34,986 nt of DNA from a virus (lineage: Duplodnaviria; Caudoviricetes), in the IMG/VR virus record IMGVR_UViG_3300012953_000091, positions 1 to 34,986 of that record; one strand, 5' to 3'. The position numbers and the translations under genes were made by a program. Positions 9,699 through 20,549 of this stretch are shown here, one piece after another (position 1 is the stretch's first letter; the number at the start of each line of letters is the position of its first letter). The notes beneath the pieces were generated by a model that saw nothing but the letters and a program-made list of their open reading frames with translations, was not told the origin of the DNA and did not search any database.

Positions 9699-12600
9699 TT
9701 ATGTTGCCGCCACTGCTCTAAAGTCTTTTAATACTGGAACATTAGAACTATTTGTAGATCTTAATACTATCTTAAATGCAAATGATCCAAATTTACCTAT
9801 AGCTGGATCGATACTATAATGAACTTCATTAAATGAACCAGCATCGTTTGTTATAATATTTTCGTCTGGAGCTGCAGCAATCCAACCTAAACTATCGAAA
9901 TCACTATCATCACCAGCACCTAATACTTTAAAGTATAAATCAATACTTGCGCCAGATGGTTTATTAGCATTAATGAAAACATCTAATACATCAGCCTCAT
10001 TATTTAAATCCACTCTTTTTGTTACATACCTATTAGCATTTGATATACCACTTGCTGCAGTATCTGCTACATATGTTCTACCGTTTGCTGCACTATTATA
10101 AGCAGTTGAATTAGTAGTTGCATCATTTAATCTATTACCTACTACAGTAGCTGAACATCTATTCATATCAATTACTGGTGATAAGAAAGCTGATCCATTT
10201 AAACTTGCAGTGAGCACCAATGATTTATTACCAGCACTTGAATCACTAGTATAATTTGTTTCGTTTATTGTTGAAGCTATAGTAAGTGGTGCTGTAAAAT
10301 CATTATTTGAATTAGGTAATATACCACCAATACTAGTTTTTACATAAGCACTTTCTGATCCATCAACTGAACGTCCAGTTTGTCCTTCCATACTTAGTCC
10401 TATTGATGTACCTGGAACTTCTAGTGTTTGTATTTGTGGTACTAAAGTATTAAATTGTCTATTTTCTGTTGCAGACATTCCGCTTCCACCACCATCAATT
10501 CCTACAGATGATGCAGTACCAGTTACAGATATAGCATATGAATCTAATTCTATTGATGCGCTTATAACATCATGTGTACCATTCATATTAGCTGCAGTAA
10601 TTCCATTTACAGTACCGGTTGCTCCGGCTATAGTTACTTTATTATTTGCTCCATATAATCCATGATTAGGATGAGCAATTCTTATAACGCTATTTCCACC
10701 ACTTGTTGAAACATATGTAAATGGATTATTTTTCAAAGCCTTGGCTGGAACATCATCATTAACTAAAGTAATAGTTGCAGATGTAGAAGTAAAGTTAGCT
10801 CTATATAAAGTAAACTTAAGATCTTTTGTTTGTTCTGGAGTCCATGTTGAAGCATTTTGTGATGTAAAAAATACACCATTATAAGGTTGTTTAGTAACTC
10901 TATTATTACTATTTTGTAAATCAAATCCACCTGTTTCTGCAATAAAGACTTTATAATCGTCTGATTGAGATATAAGTACTATAGCATATTCTTGATCTTG
11001 AGCCAAATATACAGGATGATCGAATGAAACTGTTGTAGCTGATGAGCCATCAGTTGATGTTGATATTGAACCAGGATATAAATTAACATCTGTACCAGGA
11101 ACAATTTGTTGCGTAGGTATACCATTTTCTACTGAACGTATAGAAACGTTTAATGGAATATTAGCATCCTTAGCCTGTACAAACAAATCTAATTTAGTAA
11201 CAAATAAACCACCAGCTTGATCGATTATAAATGTTTGTGCTAAAGGATCTACCCATGTAACTGGTGTAGTAAATCTTGTTATACTAGTTTCTTGTATAAC
11301 TCTATCTTGATCTAGTTCAGTAGTTACAAATCTTGGAACCTTAGTTGATTGAATTACATTTTCTTTTACTTCTAATAAACCTTGAGCATGATATAAAGCT
11401 TCTGCAAATGTTGATTCATTATTTTTATCATTTGTAGTAGAATCAGTTAATCTAAATTCTCTAGTACCAGTTTTAAATTTAAGTAAATTATTACGTGGTA
11501 TAATAAATGATCCTTCAACTCTACCAGATGCATCAGTAATTAAATCACCATTAGATGGATGTGATGTTGAACCAGTATAACCAACAACTCCAGTTTGATC
11601 AGAGAATTGTACAAAAGATTCTTCAGCACAATAATCTGTAACATTAGATCCGTTAAAGAATGCTAATACTTTTGTATTAGGTTTCATAAGTTCAGCTTTA
11701 AAGAATATCTTTCTTGAACGTATGAATGGTATAAAGTTTGTTTCAACAACTCTTGAACCTAGTTCTTTTAATTGAGTATCAGGTACAACTGTAGTTCTTA
11801 AACCAGTTCTTGATTGATTTGAAGTTGTTGTTGTAGCTGTAGTAGTTGTTTGACCACCTCTTCGTCTTCCTCTTCTCCACCAGAAACCTTCATCTTCAAA
11901 TGCAGTGCCTTCTACTGTAGTTGATATTTCTGTACCAGTCCAGTTTGTTTCCCATTCATTCCATACAGTACCAAGAATTCCAGATTCTTCTGCCATATTT
12001 ACTAATTGATCATATACCCCTTCATCATCTATAATAACATCGGGTCTAACTTCTGTATCTTTCCATTCATCTGATTCTGGAGATAAAGTTATTTGACCAC
12101 CCCATGAAAAGACATTATATGGATTTACAAATTCTGAAGTAGTAGCATAAGGTTGTTTAGCAAATTCTGCATGACCGAATGGTAGTGTAACTAAGGATTT
12201 ATTTTTAACTGCATTACCAGAGTCTGAAGCAAATCTAACTAAGTTAACATTGTCTTCATAAAATTTTGGTCTTAGTATTCCATTTGCTTTATCAACAGCA
12301 ACAGAATAATCTGGATGCGTTACATTTCCAACGTTATGTCCATAAAACCCATCAACAATAAATCCATTTTTTAATCTTTCATCTGACCCAGAAAATATTT
12401 GAGTATCAGCTGCTTCTTTTTCTAGTAAAGATAATGATGTATAATACTCTAGGTTTTTAATTCTTTTATCTAAAGAACCAATGTCACGCATTGTATAACG
12501 TTTATTATCAATTTTTTCTGGTATTAAATCAGATGGTGAAAATACATAAGGTAAAAATTTAAGATTGTAAATAACCATAGCATCATTTGGATCATCCGGC

Positions 12601-15008
12601 GCTTTAGGATTTCTATCAGCTACACCTGTAGCAACTTTAAACTCACCTTCTCTTGTAACGAACAATTTATCAATTCTTGGAAGATAGTGAGATATATCAG
12701 CTAATAGTATTGAACCAGGCTTAGGTGTATCTGCATTTTGAGATCCCGTACCTGAAGTAAATACATTATCAGCTGTAAAAGAACCCGATGAAGCTTTAGT
12801 TGGTCTAAAGTCGATAGCATCTCTTAATTGTATAAGTCCTTTAATACCATTGAAGGATGGAATTGATTCATACTCTCCAGTATCATAAGAATCAACTGTA
12901 AAGTAATCTCCATTACCATGTTGATAGTGTTCAAAACTAACTTGAACAACAGTTCCATTTGCGATTGAATCTACTGGAATTAATCTACCTTCATCATAAA
13001 AATTATCTCTTTGACCATTATCTAAAGTAAAGGATGAAAGCTTATCTACTCCACCAATTGTTATTGCAGTAACTCTTTTAATATCAGACTTATCTAATGG
13101 AATATGACCAGTAGAAGCTGAATATGTAAAATTTTGATTATTGACAATTTGTTTAGTTTTTGTTTTTAATCCTGTTGAAGTTTTTTGTACAGAAAATACA
13201 ACTTGAACATGTGGTGTACCACTACCCATTGTAGGAATACCATTGCCAACATTTGTAATAGTTAATGTTCCATCACCAACATTAGTTGTAATACAAGAAA
13301 CTGGAACTTTAACAGGAGCATTTGCTCCAACTGCTATGAACACATCATTTTCAGATTGTAACGTTCCATCAAAATTATTAAATGAAACAGTAGCATTTGT
13401 ACTTGTTCCGGAAACATCTGTTTGCATTCTTTGTCGTGTTACAAATCTTGGTGGATCTTGTGGTGTAGAATCTAATAAAGATTTAGTTGCTGTAAATGGT
13501 AACTTAAATACTAATCCATTATTACCAGTATCAAATCTAACACCGGTATTTGCAAGTGTTGCAGTAAAGGCTTGGCCACTAGGATTAGTTTGAGTAAGAG
13601 TAGTAACATTTGAAAAACTACCAGTAGTCATGACAATATCAAATAAAAATACATGATCTACAGTAGAAGAGAATTCTTCGTAGCCTCTAATTCTAGCTGT
13701 ACCAGCAAGACTGCCTTGTCCAGAAAGAGTTGAAGTTAGTGCAACAGTTTTATAAGCACCATTAGTACCACCAATATCTGGCATACCTCGTACAGTACTT
13801 CTAGTTACTTTAACAAAGTTACCTACCTGCATTTGAAGTGATTGTTGATTTTCATTTACAAATGTTCTTGGTTTATCAACAGCAACATAACTTGTTGCTA
13901 GATTTTCGATTCTAAATCCTTGTACATATGATACTGAAGGTTCAACACCAACTGCTAATTTTGTTGCAGCTCCTCCATTTCCTGAAGTTAAATAACCACC
14001 ATTACCAGCTCCATCATCTAAATGTTCTCTTATATCTAATGTATATGGTCTTACTGAATAGTTACCAGACTCTTCATGTGTTCTTCTAGCTAACCTAGCA
14101 CTTAATTCTGTATTTCCGCTAGTGTCAGATGTTTCTACTTGTATAACACCACTATTAACTTTCATTAACAAAATATAATTTGAATGCGTTGTATTTGGTG
14201 CAGTTAAACTTTCTTTAATAAGTGCAGTAGAAATTTTATATCTATGAGCGCCTGGTGCCGCAAAGTTTGGTGTACCTTGAGCGTTGTCGTTTAATGATGT
14301 ATCAGTTGCGCTATCAACATCGAAAGATTCAGTAACATTTAATCCAATAATATAACTAGGAGTATTAGTATACTTATCTAGAAGTAATGAGCCAGCAGCT
14401 ACATAAACAAAAGTTCCCGCAATAAAATATGCGCCTTCTTCTATGTTAACAACAGACCCTTGTCCAATTGGACTTACTCCAGATGCTCCGACTTTACCAA
14501 AAAGAGCAGTACCCGCATCATTAGAAAATACTTCGTCAGCAACAAATTTTTCTACAGTCTTATTAGCTCCACCAGCATTTAAATATCTAATATATAAAGT
14601 ACTTGGATCTGATCCAGTGGCAGGAACGGCTTGTAATACTAAAGCACTTACTTGGTTACCACTTTGACTAGTTCCAGTAATAGTTGATCCTACTAATGAA
14701 CTTAAGTTAGCAGATTGATATGTTGTTGAATAAGTAGTAGAACTATGCGTAAATGAAGCATTAGTTAATTTAATAAAATCGTATTCAGTATTTAATGTAA
14801 CTTTACCACCAACAACTCTTCCGCCATCTTTAAAAGCATATTGGCCAAACCTATCTAATTGAGCTTGAAAAGCTGTTTGTAATTGTGTAAGTTCTCTTGC
14901 TTGTACTGCGTGACCTGGTCTAAATTGTATACGATGATAATTTTTAGTTTCATCAAAGTCGTCGTAGTACGGCGCAATATTATAATTTCTAACTCTACTT
15001 ATTCCCAT
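9699..15008 (-). CDS. Large baseplate-associated structural protein (DUF4815 / VrlC-like)
   Basis: 1769 aa. N-terminal PYYDDFD..KNYHRI.FRPG.AVQARELTQLQ, plus APGAHR, KRYTMRDIG.L.KRI.NLEYYTSLSLLE and DPLAQTF motifs. Lies directly after gp8, as in aquatic T4-like phages. Confidence 0.85.
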   Translation of the reverse strand: MGISRVRNYNIAPYYDDFDETKNYHRIQFRPGHAVQARELTQLQTAFQAQLDRFGQYAFKDGGRVVGGKVTLNTEYDFIKLTNASFTHSSTTYSTTYQSANLSSLVGSTITGTSQSGNQVSALVLQAVPATGSDPSTLYIRYLNAGGANKTVEKFVADEVFSNDAGTALFGKVGASGVSPIGQGSVVNIEEGAYFIAGTFVYVAAGSLLLDKYTNTPSYIIGLNVTESFDVDSATDTSLNDNAQGTPNFAAPGAHRYKISTALIKESLTAPNTTHSNYILLMKVNSGVIQVETSDTSGNTELSARLARRTHEESGNYSVRPYTLDIREHLDDGAGNGGYLTSGNGGAATKLAVGVEPSVSYVQGFRIENLATSYVAVDKPRTFVNENQQSLQMQVGNFVKVTRSTVRGMPDIGGTNGAYKTVALTSTLSGQGSLAGTARIRGYEEFSSTVDHVFLFDIVMTTGSFSNVTTLTQTNPSGQAFTATLANTGVRFDTGNNGLVFKLPFTATKSLLDSTPQDPPRFVTRQRMQTDVSGTSTNATVSFNNFDGTLQSENDVFIAVGANAPVKVPVSCITTNVGDGTLTITNVGNGIPTMGSGTPHVQVVFSVQKTSTGLKTKTKQIVNNQNFTYSASTGHIPLDKSDIKRVTAITIGGVDKLSSFTLDNGQRDNFYDEGRLIPVDSIANGTVVQVSFEHYQHGNGDYFTVDSYDTGEYESIPSFNGIKGLIQLRDAIDFRPTKASSGSFTADNVFTSGTGSQNADTPKPGSILLADISHYLPRIDKLFVTREGEFKVATGVADRNPKAPDDPNDAMVIYNLKFLPYVFSPSDLIPEKIDNKRYTMRDIGSLDKRIKNLEYYTSLSLLEKEAADTQIFSGSDERLKNGFIVDGFYGHNVGNVTHPDYSVAVDKANGILRPKFYEDNVNLVRFASDSGNAVKNKSLVTLPFGHAEFAKQPYATTSEFVNPYNVFSWGGQITLSPESDEWKDTEVRPDVIIDDEGVYDQLVNMAEESGILGTVWNEWETNWTGTEISTTVEGTAFEDEGFWWRRGRRRGGQTTTTATTTTSNQSRTGLRTTVVPDTQLKELGSRVVETNFIPFIRSRKIFFKAELMKPNTKVLAFFNGSNVTDYCAEESFVQFSDQTGVVGYTGSTSHPSNGDLITDASGRVEGSFIIPRNNLLKFKTGTREFRLTDSTTNDKNNESTFAEALYHAQGLLEVKENVIQSTKVPRFVTTELDQDRVIQETSITRFTTPVTWVDPLAQTFIIDQAGGLFVTKLDLFVQAKDANIPLNVSIRSVENGIPTQQIVPGTDVNLYPGSISTSTDGSSATTVSFDHPVYLAQDQEYAIVLISQSDDYKVFIAETGGFDLQNSNNRVTKQPYNGVFFTSQNASTWTPEQTKDLKFTLYRANFTSTSATITLVNDDVPAKALKNNPFTYVSTSGGNSVIRIAHPNHGLYGANNKVTIAGATGTVNGITAANMNGTHDVISASIELDSYAISVTGTASSVGIDGGGSGMSATENRQFNTLVPQIQTLEVPGTSIGLSMEGQTGRSVDGSESAYVKTSIGGILPNSNNDFTAPLTIASTINETNYTSDSSAGNKSLVLTASLNGSAFLSPVIDMNRCSATVVGNRLNDATTNSTAYNSAANGRTYVADTAASGISNANRYVTKRVDLNNEADVLDVFINANKPSGASIDLYFKVLGAGDDSDFDSLGWIAAAPDENIITNDAGSFNEVHYSIDPAIGKFGSFAFKIVLRSTNSSNVPVLKDFRAVAAT

Positions 15009-15031
15009 ATTTTTCTCTCTTAAATTCTATA

Positions 15032-16618
15032 TTAGAATTCAACAATTAATTTAATATCTTCAATTTGTGATGATGATCTATTAATTGGTGTTCTATTTTC
15101 TAAGAATATCAACTGACCACTATTTCTTTTTACTTCAGGTCCATAACCGTTAGCTAATGTTCCAAAGAAATCACTTGTATTTAATGTTGCACTACCACCA
15201 CTTGGAAGTGTACCAGTAATAGTATCTCCTGAAACAAAATTACCAAAACCAGTTTTAGCATTTTGATAATAATATAATACTTTATTAGATGTATCTATTT
15301 CAATTAAATATGCTTTAGCTCCTGATGAACTACCTACTATTACTTGGTCAACTGCAAATCCAGTAAGTGAAGCAGAAGAATTTAATCTTAATGATCTTCT
15401 TGCTCTTAAAGTTGTTGCTGTTGCTGTAACATCGGAAGCAAAGTTTTGTGGATTTTTAAGTAATGATATTTGTCTAAAGTCTTGACCTACTGTAAGGTCT
15501 CCACCTTCTGATCCAGATAATTGTGTATTAACAGCAACAAAGAATGCTCCTAATTCTGAAATAGGATCTGTTCCATGGCCATTTACTGGAGATATAACTG
15601 CTCGAGCAGTAGCTAATGAACCACCACCTCCACTAATTACTACATCAGCTACATTATAATCTGTACCTTTTGCAGTTACAGTAATTGATGCTACTGTTTG
15701 AGATGATCCGGATCCAGCCATTACTGCAGTAGCAGTAGCACCAGTTCCATCACCCGTAATAGTTACTGTTGGAGTACTACTATAATCTTGACCCGCATTT
15801 GTTACTTCTAATCTTTCTATACCAGCAGCGTTAGCATGAGCTAGTGAATTAATTTGTGCAGTTTGGTTTGCAAAGTTAACATCTGTATTTGCAAATCTAC
15901 CGAAGGTTAATGTACCACCATCAGTCAATGATTGTGCTGATGATAACGTTAATGTTGTCCCACTAATCGCCGAAACAGTAACTGAACCAGAAATACCAGC
16001 ACCAGTTACTAATTGACCAGCTTTAATCTTTTCATTTGCAGCTGATAAAGTTGCAGACGCTGAAGAACTTGTCGCACCATTTACTGTAGCAGTTGTTGGA
16101 TAACCTAAAGTATTTACTGGCATATATGATGTTGTTAAGAATTTTTCAGCATCAGTAACAGTTACAGTATACATATATTTCCATGAATATCCATCTGATT
16201 CTGCAGTTGGTATTGTATTAATATGTACTGGTTCAATTGTAGAAGCTCCTGATCCTGCTATAATACACTTATAAACTTTAAACTCGGATGTGATTGTGTA
16301 AAAAGATTTATCATATATTGTTGCATCATCTGAATCCCAAGCCACATATGATCTACCTGATGTCCATGTATGTCTTGGTACTATGTGTGAAACTTCTGAA
16401 GCTGTTACTTTTTTCATACCAATCATTTGTTGATATGCATCTGCTATATTGTCAATATTATCTAAGGGAGTAAATGGCGTAGTATCAGTAGTATCACTTG
16501 TTGAATTTGACCAAACATCTGATTTTCCGATAGCGACATATACACTACTAGAGGCCACATCCTCTTTAAAGTTTTGAGCATTGACTACTCTAAATGGTGT
16601 TGTTACTATTGCTGTCAT
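15032..16618 (-). CDS. gp8: Baseplate wedge subunit gp8-like
   Basis: 528 aa. Motifs VPR..W..G..Y, FY.ITSEFKVYKC, DGY.WKYMY, DFRQI.L..NP and SG.LIFLENR.PI.R...Q.EDIKLIVEF. Confidence 0.88.
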   Translation of the reverse strand: MTAIVTTPFRVVNAQNFKEDVASSSVYVAIGKSDVWSNSTSDTTDTTPFTPLDNIDNIADAYQQMIGMKKVTASEVSHIVPRHTWTSGRSYVAWDSDDATIYDKSFYTITSEFKVYKCIIAGSGASTIEPVHINTIPTAESDGYSWKYMYTVTVTDAEKFLTTSYMPVNTLGYPTTATVNGATSSSASATLSAANEKIKAGQLVTGAGISGSVTVSAISGTTLTLSSAQSLTDGGTLTFGRFANTDVNFANQTAQINSLAHANAAGIERLEVTNAGQDYSSTPTVTITGDGTGATATAVMAGSGSSQTVASITVTAKGTDYNVADVVISGGGGSLATARAVISPVNGHGTDPISELGAFFVAVNTQLSGSEGGDLTVGQDFRQISLLKNPQNFASDVTATATTLRARRSLRLNSSASLTGFAVDQVIVGSSSGAKAYLIEIDTSNKVLYYYQNAKTGFGNFVSGDTITGTLPSGGSATLNTSDFFGTLANGYGPEVKRNSGQLIFLENRTPINRSSSQIEDIKLIVEF

Positions 16619-16622
16619 TTTA

Positions 16623-18692
16623 TTATTCCTGTAAAATTATTGCTTTACTGTTAAATCTATTTATAACAGATGAAGCGGAGTTTTGTATTATATTATTAGA
16701 AAAAAAGCTTATTGGATATTCATCTCTAAATTTTTTATGCGCATAATATGATTCTTGTTTTTTATTATAGTAATTATTATTTATCAACGTTCTAAACGCC
16801 TCGTCGTTGACTTCGGTAGCTACGTGATTTAATGCTAGTATTACTATTTCTTTAACCTCTTTAGCTCTTTCTTCAGCTGAAGTTGTTGAACCAAATCTAA
16901 TTCCTGGGTTTACAACATATCCATTACCAGCATTAGTAATTGTAAATCCAGTAATTTCGCCTTTATATATTGGATTATCTGGATCTGATAAATTATCTGC
17001 AGCTGCTATTTGAGTAGTTGCTATAGCAGTAACATTACTAGCTAATAAATTACCATCTGCATCAGTTGAAGTTGGAGCATCAAAAGTAAGAATAGGAGCT
17101 GTAGTAAATGTTTTATCTCCAAATGGTCCTGCAGTTTTTAACGATACTAATTTTCCTTGATTACTATTTGCAGCTGGTGTAATTCCAACAGAAGAATATC
17201 CAACACCAGCTGAGGATATTGTTACGCTATCTATTCTTCCATCTATATCTACTTTACAGGTTACTGCTCCACTTGATCCATCACCAGTAACAGTTACTGC
17301 AGGCCCATCAAATAAATCTTGACCATTCACAGTAACCTTTGTAGCTTGATTAACTGGATAACCAAATCCAGGATTTGCTATATTTACGTTTGTTATATTT
17401 CCACTAGAATTTAAAGTAGCAGATAATTGTCCGCCTAATGCTATCTGAGCTTCAACAGATGGTAAGAAGAAAGATGCGAATGCTTCTACTAATAATGGTA
17501 GATCTTCTGCTCCAATAACACCAGGTTGTAATCCCGGCATTGATGATAAAGTTTTTCTATTTAATCTACCATAAAGATCTTTATATGTGTATACAAAACC
17601 AGCTTGATCTGGAACAGGTATAGAACCAGCCGATCCTTCATTAAATCCAGTATCTAATTCAACAGCGTTTTGTCTTATATTATCTCCTAAAGCTGCTCTT
17701 GTCAATTGTGTTAAAATTAAAATTTCACCAAAGAAAATAAATCCAGCTGGATGAACTAATTTATCAAATGCAGTTTCCCAATCACTTAAATTCTTACCAG
17801 TTCTAACTACATAAGAAAACTTTTGATAAAATTTTGAATCTTGTAATTTAACATTATCTGACAAAAACCCTTTGTGATCTAAATATCTATTAAGACCGGT
17901 GTCCCATTTACCAGAAGAAGGAATTAATGTTTTATCATATGGAAATGCAACTTCAACATTTTCATCGAACAATAATCTAAAAAATATTTCAATAGAATCA
18001 GATGAACCTTTTAATTTATAAAAGTCAACTATATTTTTATATAGATTTCTTTTATTAACAGTTAGTGTTCTAGGAATTGCTTGTGCTATTTCTTTTTGCA
18101 TCAATTCCAAATAATCATCTGTATTCTCATCTATATTCATAGCCTCTTCAATAGCATTAATTACATATGAAGGACCAGGACCTACCCAATAAGTAGTGGG
18201 TGTTGTTAAAGTTGCGTTCTTAGCATTATGAGCTGACAAACCACTTACAGTAAATGTTTTACCAATTTCAGTTGTTCTATCTTTTAACGTACCAGGTAAT
18301 TCATTACCATTAGAAATTTGTACATTAGTTCCTGATAATGGTATTGTTGTTGTAGTGTTATCAATATTAGTTACTATTAGTGTAGAACTAGCGCCATCAT
18401 GATCTGTAAAAAATTCGTTATTATCATTATTAGGATCAGTAATTCTAAAGACAGCTCTTCCAGATGCTATAAGATCTGTATAAGTTTCGTTCTCAACATA
18501 TATGAATTCTTTCATATTCATGAATTCATAATATTTTTCAAGAAGCTGTTTAATACCAGCATCGCCTGAGTTAGTTAATATTTCCTCAGGTATAAGTTGA
18601 TCTATTCTTAAGTCTTCTTTTGTTTTCTTTTTTAATGAAGCAACTGACTCGACGTAACTCGGGTTAGATGCATCTGATCCATATCCACTCAT
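16623..18692 (-). CDS. gp7: Baseplate wedge initiator gp7-like
   Basis: 689 aa. Motifs FYKLKGS..SIE.FFRLLF and LQDS.FYQ.FSYV......LVHPAG..FFGE; sits between gp6 and gp8. Confidence 0.78.
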   Translation of the reverse strand: MSGYGSDASNPSYVESVASLKKKTKEDLRIDQLIPEEILTNSGDAGIKQLLEKYYEFMNMKEFIYVENETYTDLIASGRAVFRITDPNNDNNEFFTDHDGASSTLIVTNIDNTTTTIPLSGTNVQISNGNELPGTLKDRTTEIGKTFTVSGLSAHNAKNATLTTPTTYWVGPGPSYVINAIEEAMNIDENTDDYLELMQKEIAQAIPRTLTVNKRNLYKNIVDFYKLKGSSDSIEIFFRLLFDENVEVAFPYDKTLIPSSGKWDTGLNRYLDHKGFLSDNVKLQDSKFYQKFSYVVRTGKNLSDWETAFDKLVHPAGFIFFGEILILTQLTRAALGDNIRQNAVELDTGFNEGSAGSIPVPDQAGFVYTYKDLYGRLNRKTLSSMPGLQPGVIGAEDLPLLVEAFASFFLPSVEAQIALGGQLSATLNSSGNITNVNIANPGFGYPVNQATKVTVNGQDLFDGPAVTVTGDGSSGAVTCKVDIDGRIDSVTISSAGVGYSSVGITPAANSNQGKLVSLKTAGPFGDKTFTTAPILTFDAPTSTDADGNLLASNVTAIATTQIAAADNLSDPDNPIYKGEITGFTITNAGNGYVVNPGIRFGSTTSAEERAKEVKEIVILALNHVATEVNDEAFRTLINNNYYNKKQESYYAHKKFRDEYPISFFSNNIIQNSASSVINRFNSKAIILQE
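16658..16665 (-). promoter_or_regulatory. T4-type late promoter (TATAAATA)
   Basis: Exact motif about 40 nt upstream of the gp8 start. Confidence 0.65.
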
Positions 18693-20545
18693 TATGTGCT
18701 CGATCTAAATCTTGATGTTGTTGAATAATTAATACTACCAGAAGAACCTGATGTTGCAATAGTATCTTTATCTGCAATCATAGTAGTTCTTGTAGAATCA
18801 ATAGAAAGTATTTCATCTCTTTTTGGAGCAATGTCTAAAGACTCTGGTGTAACAGTAATTCTAATTGAAGTAGTATCATCCGGAATAAATTGATTTAATG
18901 TTATAGTACCTTCGCTTGGATTAACAGTACCACAATTATTTATTGTAGTGACCTTTGTTGAACCAACTAATCTATAAGCAAATATTTGTCTATTGGTAGA
19001 ATCCGCTATAGCAACATCAGCAAAGAAGTTATCTACACCAGCAACTTTAAATGCTGTGGAAGATATTACTGATTCATCTGAACCTCCTGGAACATAAAAA
19101 GAACCAGGATATGTTAAACTAAAATTATTTGATGCTGATATAATTGGCGTTATATTTTTAAATAAGAAAGGACGTACTGTAGAGTTAAGAATAGCTGGAT
19201 CAGCTGAATCAATAGCTCTTAATAAAGCTGAATGTCTAAACACTCCATCAAATTTATTTAAATCATTTAATGAATAATCATCAATAGTATCTGAAACAAC
19301 TGCTTTTAATTCTATGTCTGTACGGTCAGTTAAATTTGGATTATATTTAAATGCTACATCTAATTCTATAAAAGAATAATTAGGATCCACTACTGTTGGA
19401 GTAATAGATACCACATTCTTTCCTTTTAGTATAGTACCAGTTACTGTTGCTTTTTCGTCAACAGTTAAAGTCTCTGCTGTTTTTGGTTTGATGGCAATAA
19501 ATATTCTACCATAGTCTGGAGTTGATTGATCTTCTCCACCCCATGTTGATATAGCATCAATATTAGAAAACTCTCTTTGTATAATAGCTCGATAATCATC
19601 GGCAGTTACCGCTCTGTTTTGAGAGGTATAAGTTAAAGGAGCATTATATCTAACTGATTCTAAAGTTTCTCCATCAGCTCCACCTGTAGCATTTGAAACA
19701 GTAGTAACTGTAATATTAGAAAACCCACCGACTTGATCTACCATTGCAAAGGTAGAAGCACCATTAGCTTCGGTTCCGCTTGAATGGATATAATCAAGAG
19801 TAACAATATTATTATTAGTAGGTTTTGAACCAGTAACGCCGTCACCAAAATATACTTCATAATATCCAGAAGTATTTTCTTGTAAGTGATATATTTTAGA
19901 AGAAGAATCTACATTAAGTAATGTAGTAAATAAAGTATGAATATCAAAAGAAGTTGATTCTTCATTAGCTTGTACTCTTACTCTTAATGTGGATGTATCT
20001 ACAGACTTATTAGGAATCTGATGTTTCTGATTTTCAATATCATTATCAACTCTATATTTAATAGAATTATAATTACCTTCTGCAATAGCTACATTATTAT
20101 AAGTATATGTATTACTTGTAAGCGTAGCAGACTGAGTATTTAAAGTAACAAACTGATATGTTTCATCATCCACTGAAGCACTTAATTTTGTTCCTCTTGG
20201 TAGAGATAAATTAGTTGGCTTAGCACCGGAGACTGCCGAAACATCAATTACTAAATTAACCACAGCTCTCGGCGATAACTGTGATGCCGGAACATATCCT
20301 AGCATACGAGCTCTTGCGACTGCATTACCTCTTATTTGAGCTGAGTCCAAGAAGGCTTCGTTAAGAGCCAAGTGTCCGGCCATAGCGTTATAATGTGTAT
20401 TATAAGCTAGAACGTCTAATAGTACATTTAATCCCGCACCTTCAAAATCATAATCATTAAAGACAGTCTGTCTTTTTAAAAAGTTTTTAAGATTATCTTT
20501 TATATCTGCGAAATCTAATTCGGTTGTTTTTAAATTTGATGCCAT
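18692..20545 (-). CDS. gp6: Baseplate wedge subunit gp6
   Basis: 617 aa. Motifs LDF..IK..L, DYDFEG.GL..LLDVLAYNTHY, EAFLDSAQIR, YFGDG..G and QNRAVTADDY. Confidence 0.93.
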   Translation of the reverse strand: MASNLKTTELDFADIKDNLKNFLKRQTVFNDYDFEGAGLNVLLDVLAYNTHYNAMAGHLALNEAFLDSAQIRGNAVARARMLGYVPASQLSPRAVVNLVIDVSAVSGAKPTNLSLPRGTKLSASVDDETYQFVTLNTQSATLTSNTYTYNNVAIAEGNYNSIKYRVDNDIENQKHQIPNKSVDTSTLRVRVQANEESTSFDIHTLFTTLLNVDSSSKIYHLQENTSGYYEVYFGDGVTGSKPTNNNIVTLDYIHSSGTEANGASTFAMVDQVGGFSNITVTTVSNATGGADGETLESVRYNAPLTYTSQNRAVTADDYRAIIQREFSNIDAISTWGGEDQSTPDYGRIFIAIKPKTAETLTVDEKATVTGTILKGKNVVSITPTVVDPNYSFIELDVAFKYNPNLTDRTDIELKAVVSDTIDDYSLNDLNKFDGVFRHSALLRAIDSADPAILNSTVRPFLFKNITPIISASNNFSLTYPGSFYVPGGSDESVISSTAFKVAGVDNFFADVAIADSTNRQIFAYRLVGSTKVTTINNCGTVNPSEGTITLNQFIPDDTTSIRITVTPESLDIAPKRDEILSIDSTRTTMIADKDTIATSGSSGSINYSTTSRFRSST

Positions 20546-20549
20546 AGTT

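Noticed and set aside
842-14667. Plus-strand ORFs 842-1036, 6222-6422, 6814-7176, 13243-13593 and 14443-14667
   Set aside because: Antisense shadows of long structural genes; the V/P/L-rich translations arise from the codon bias of the real strand
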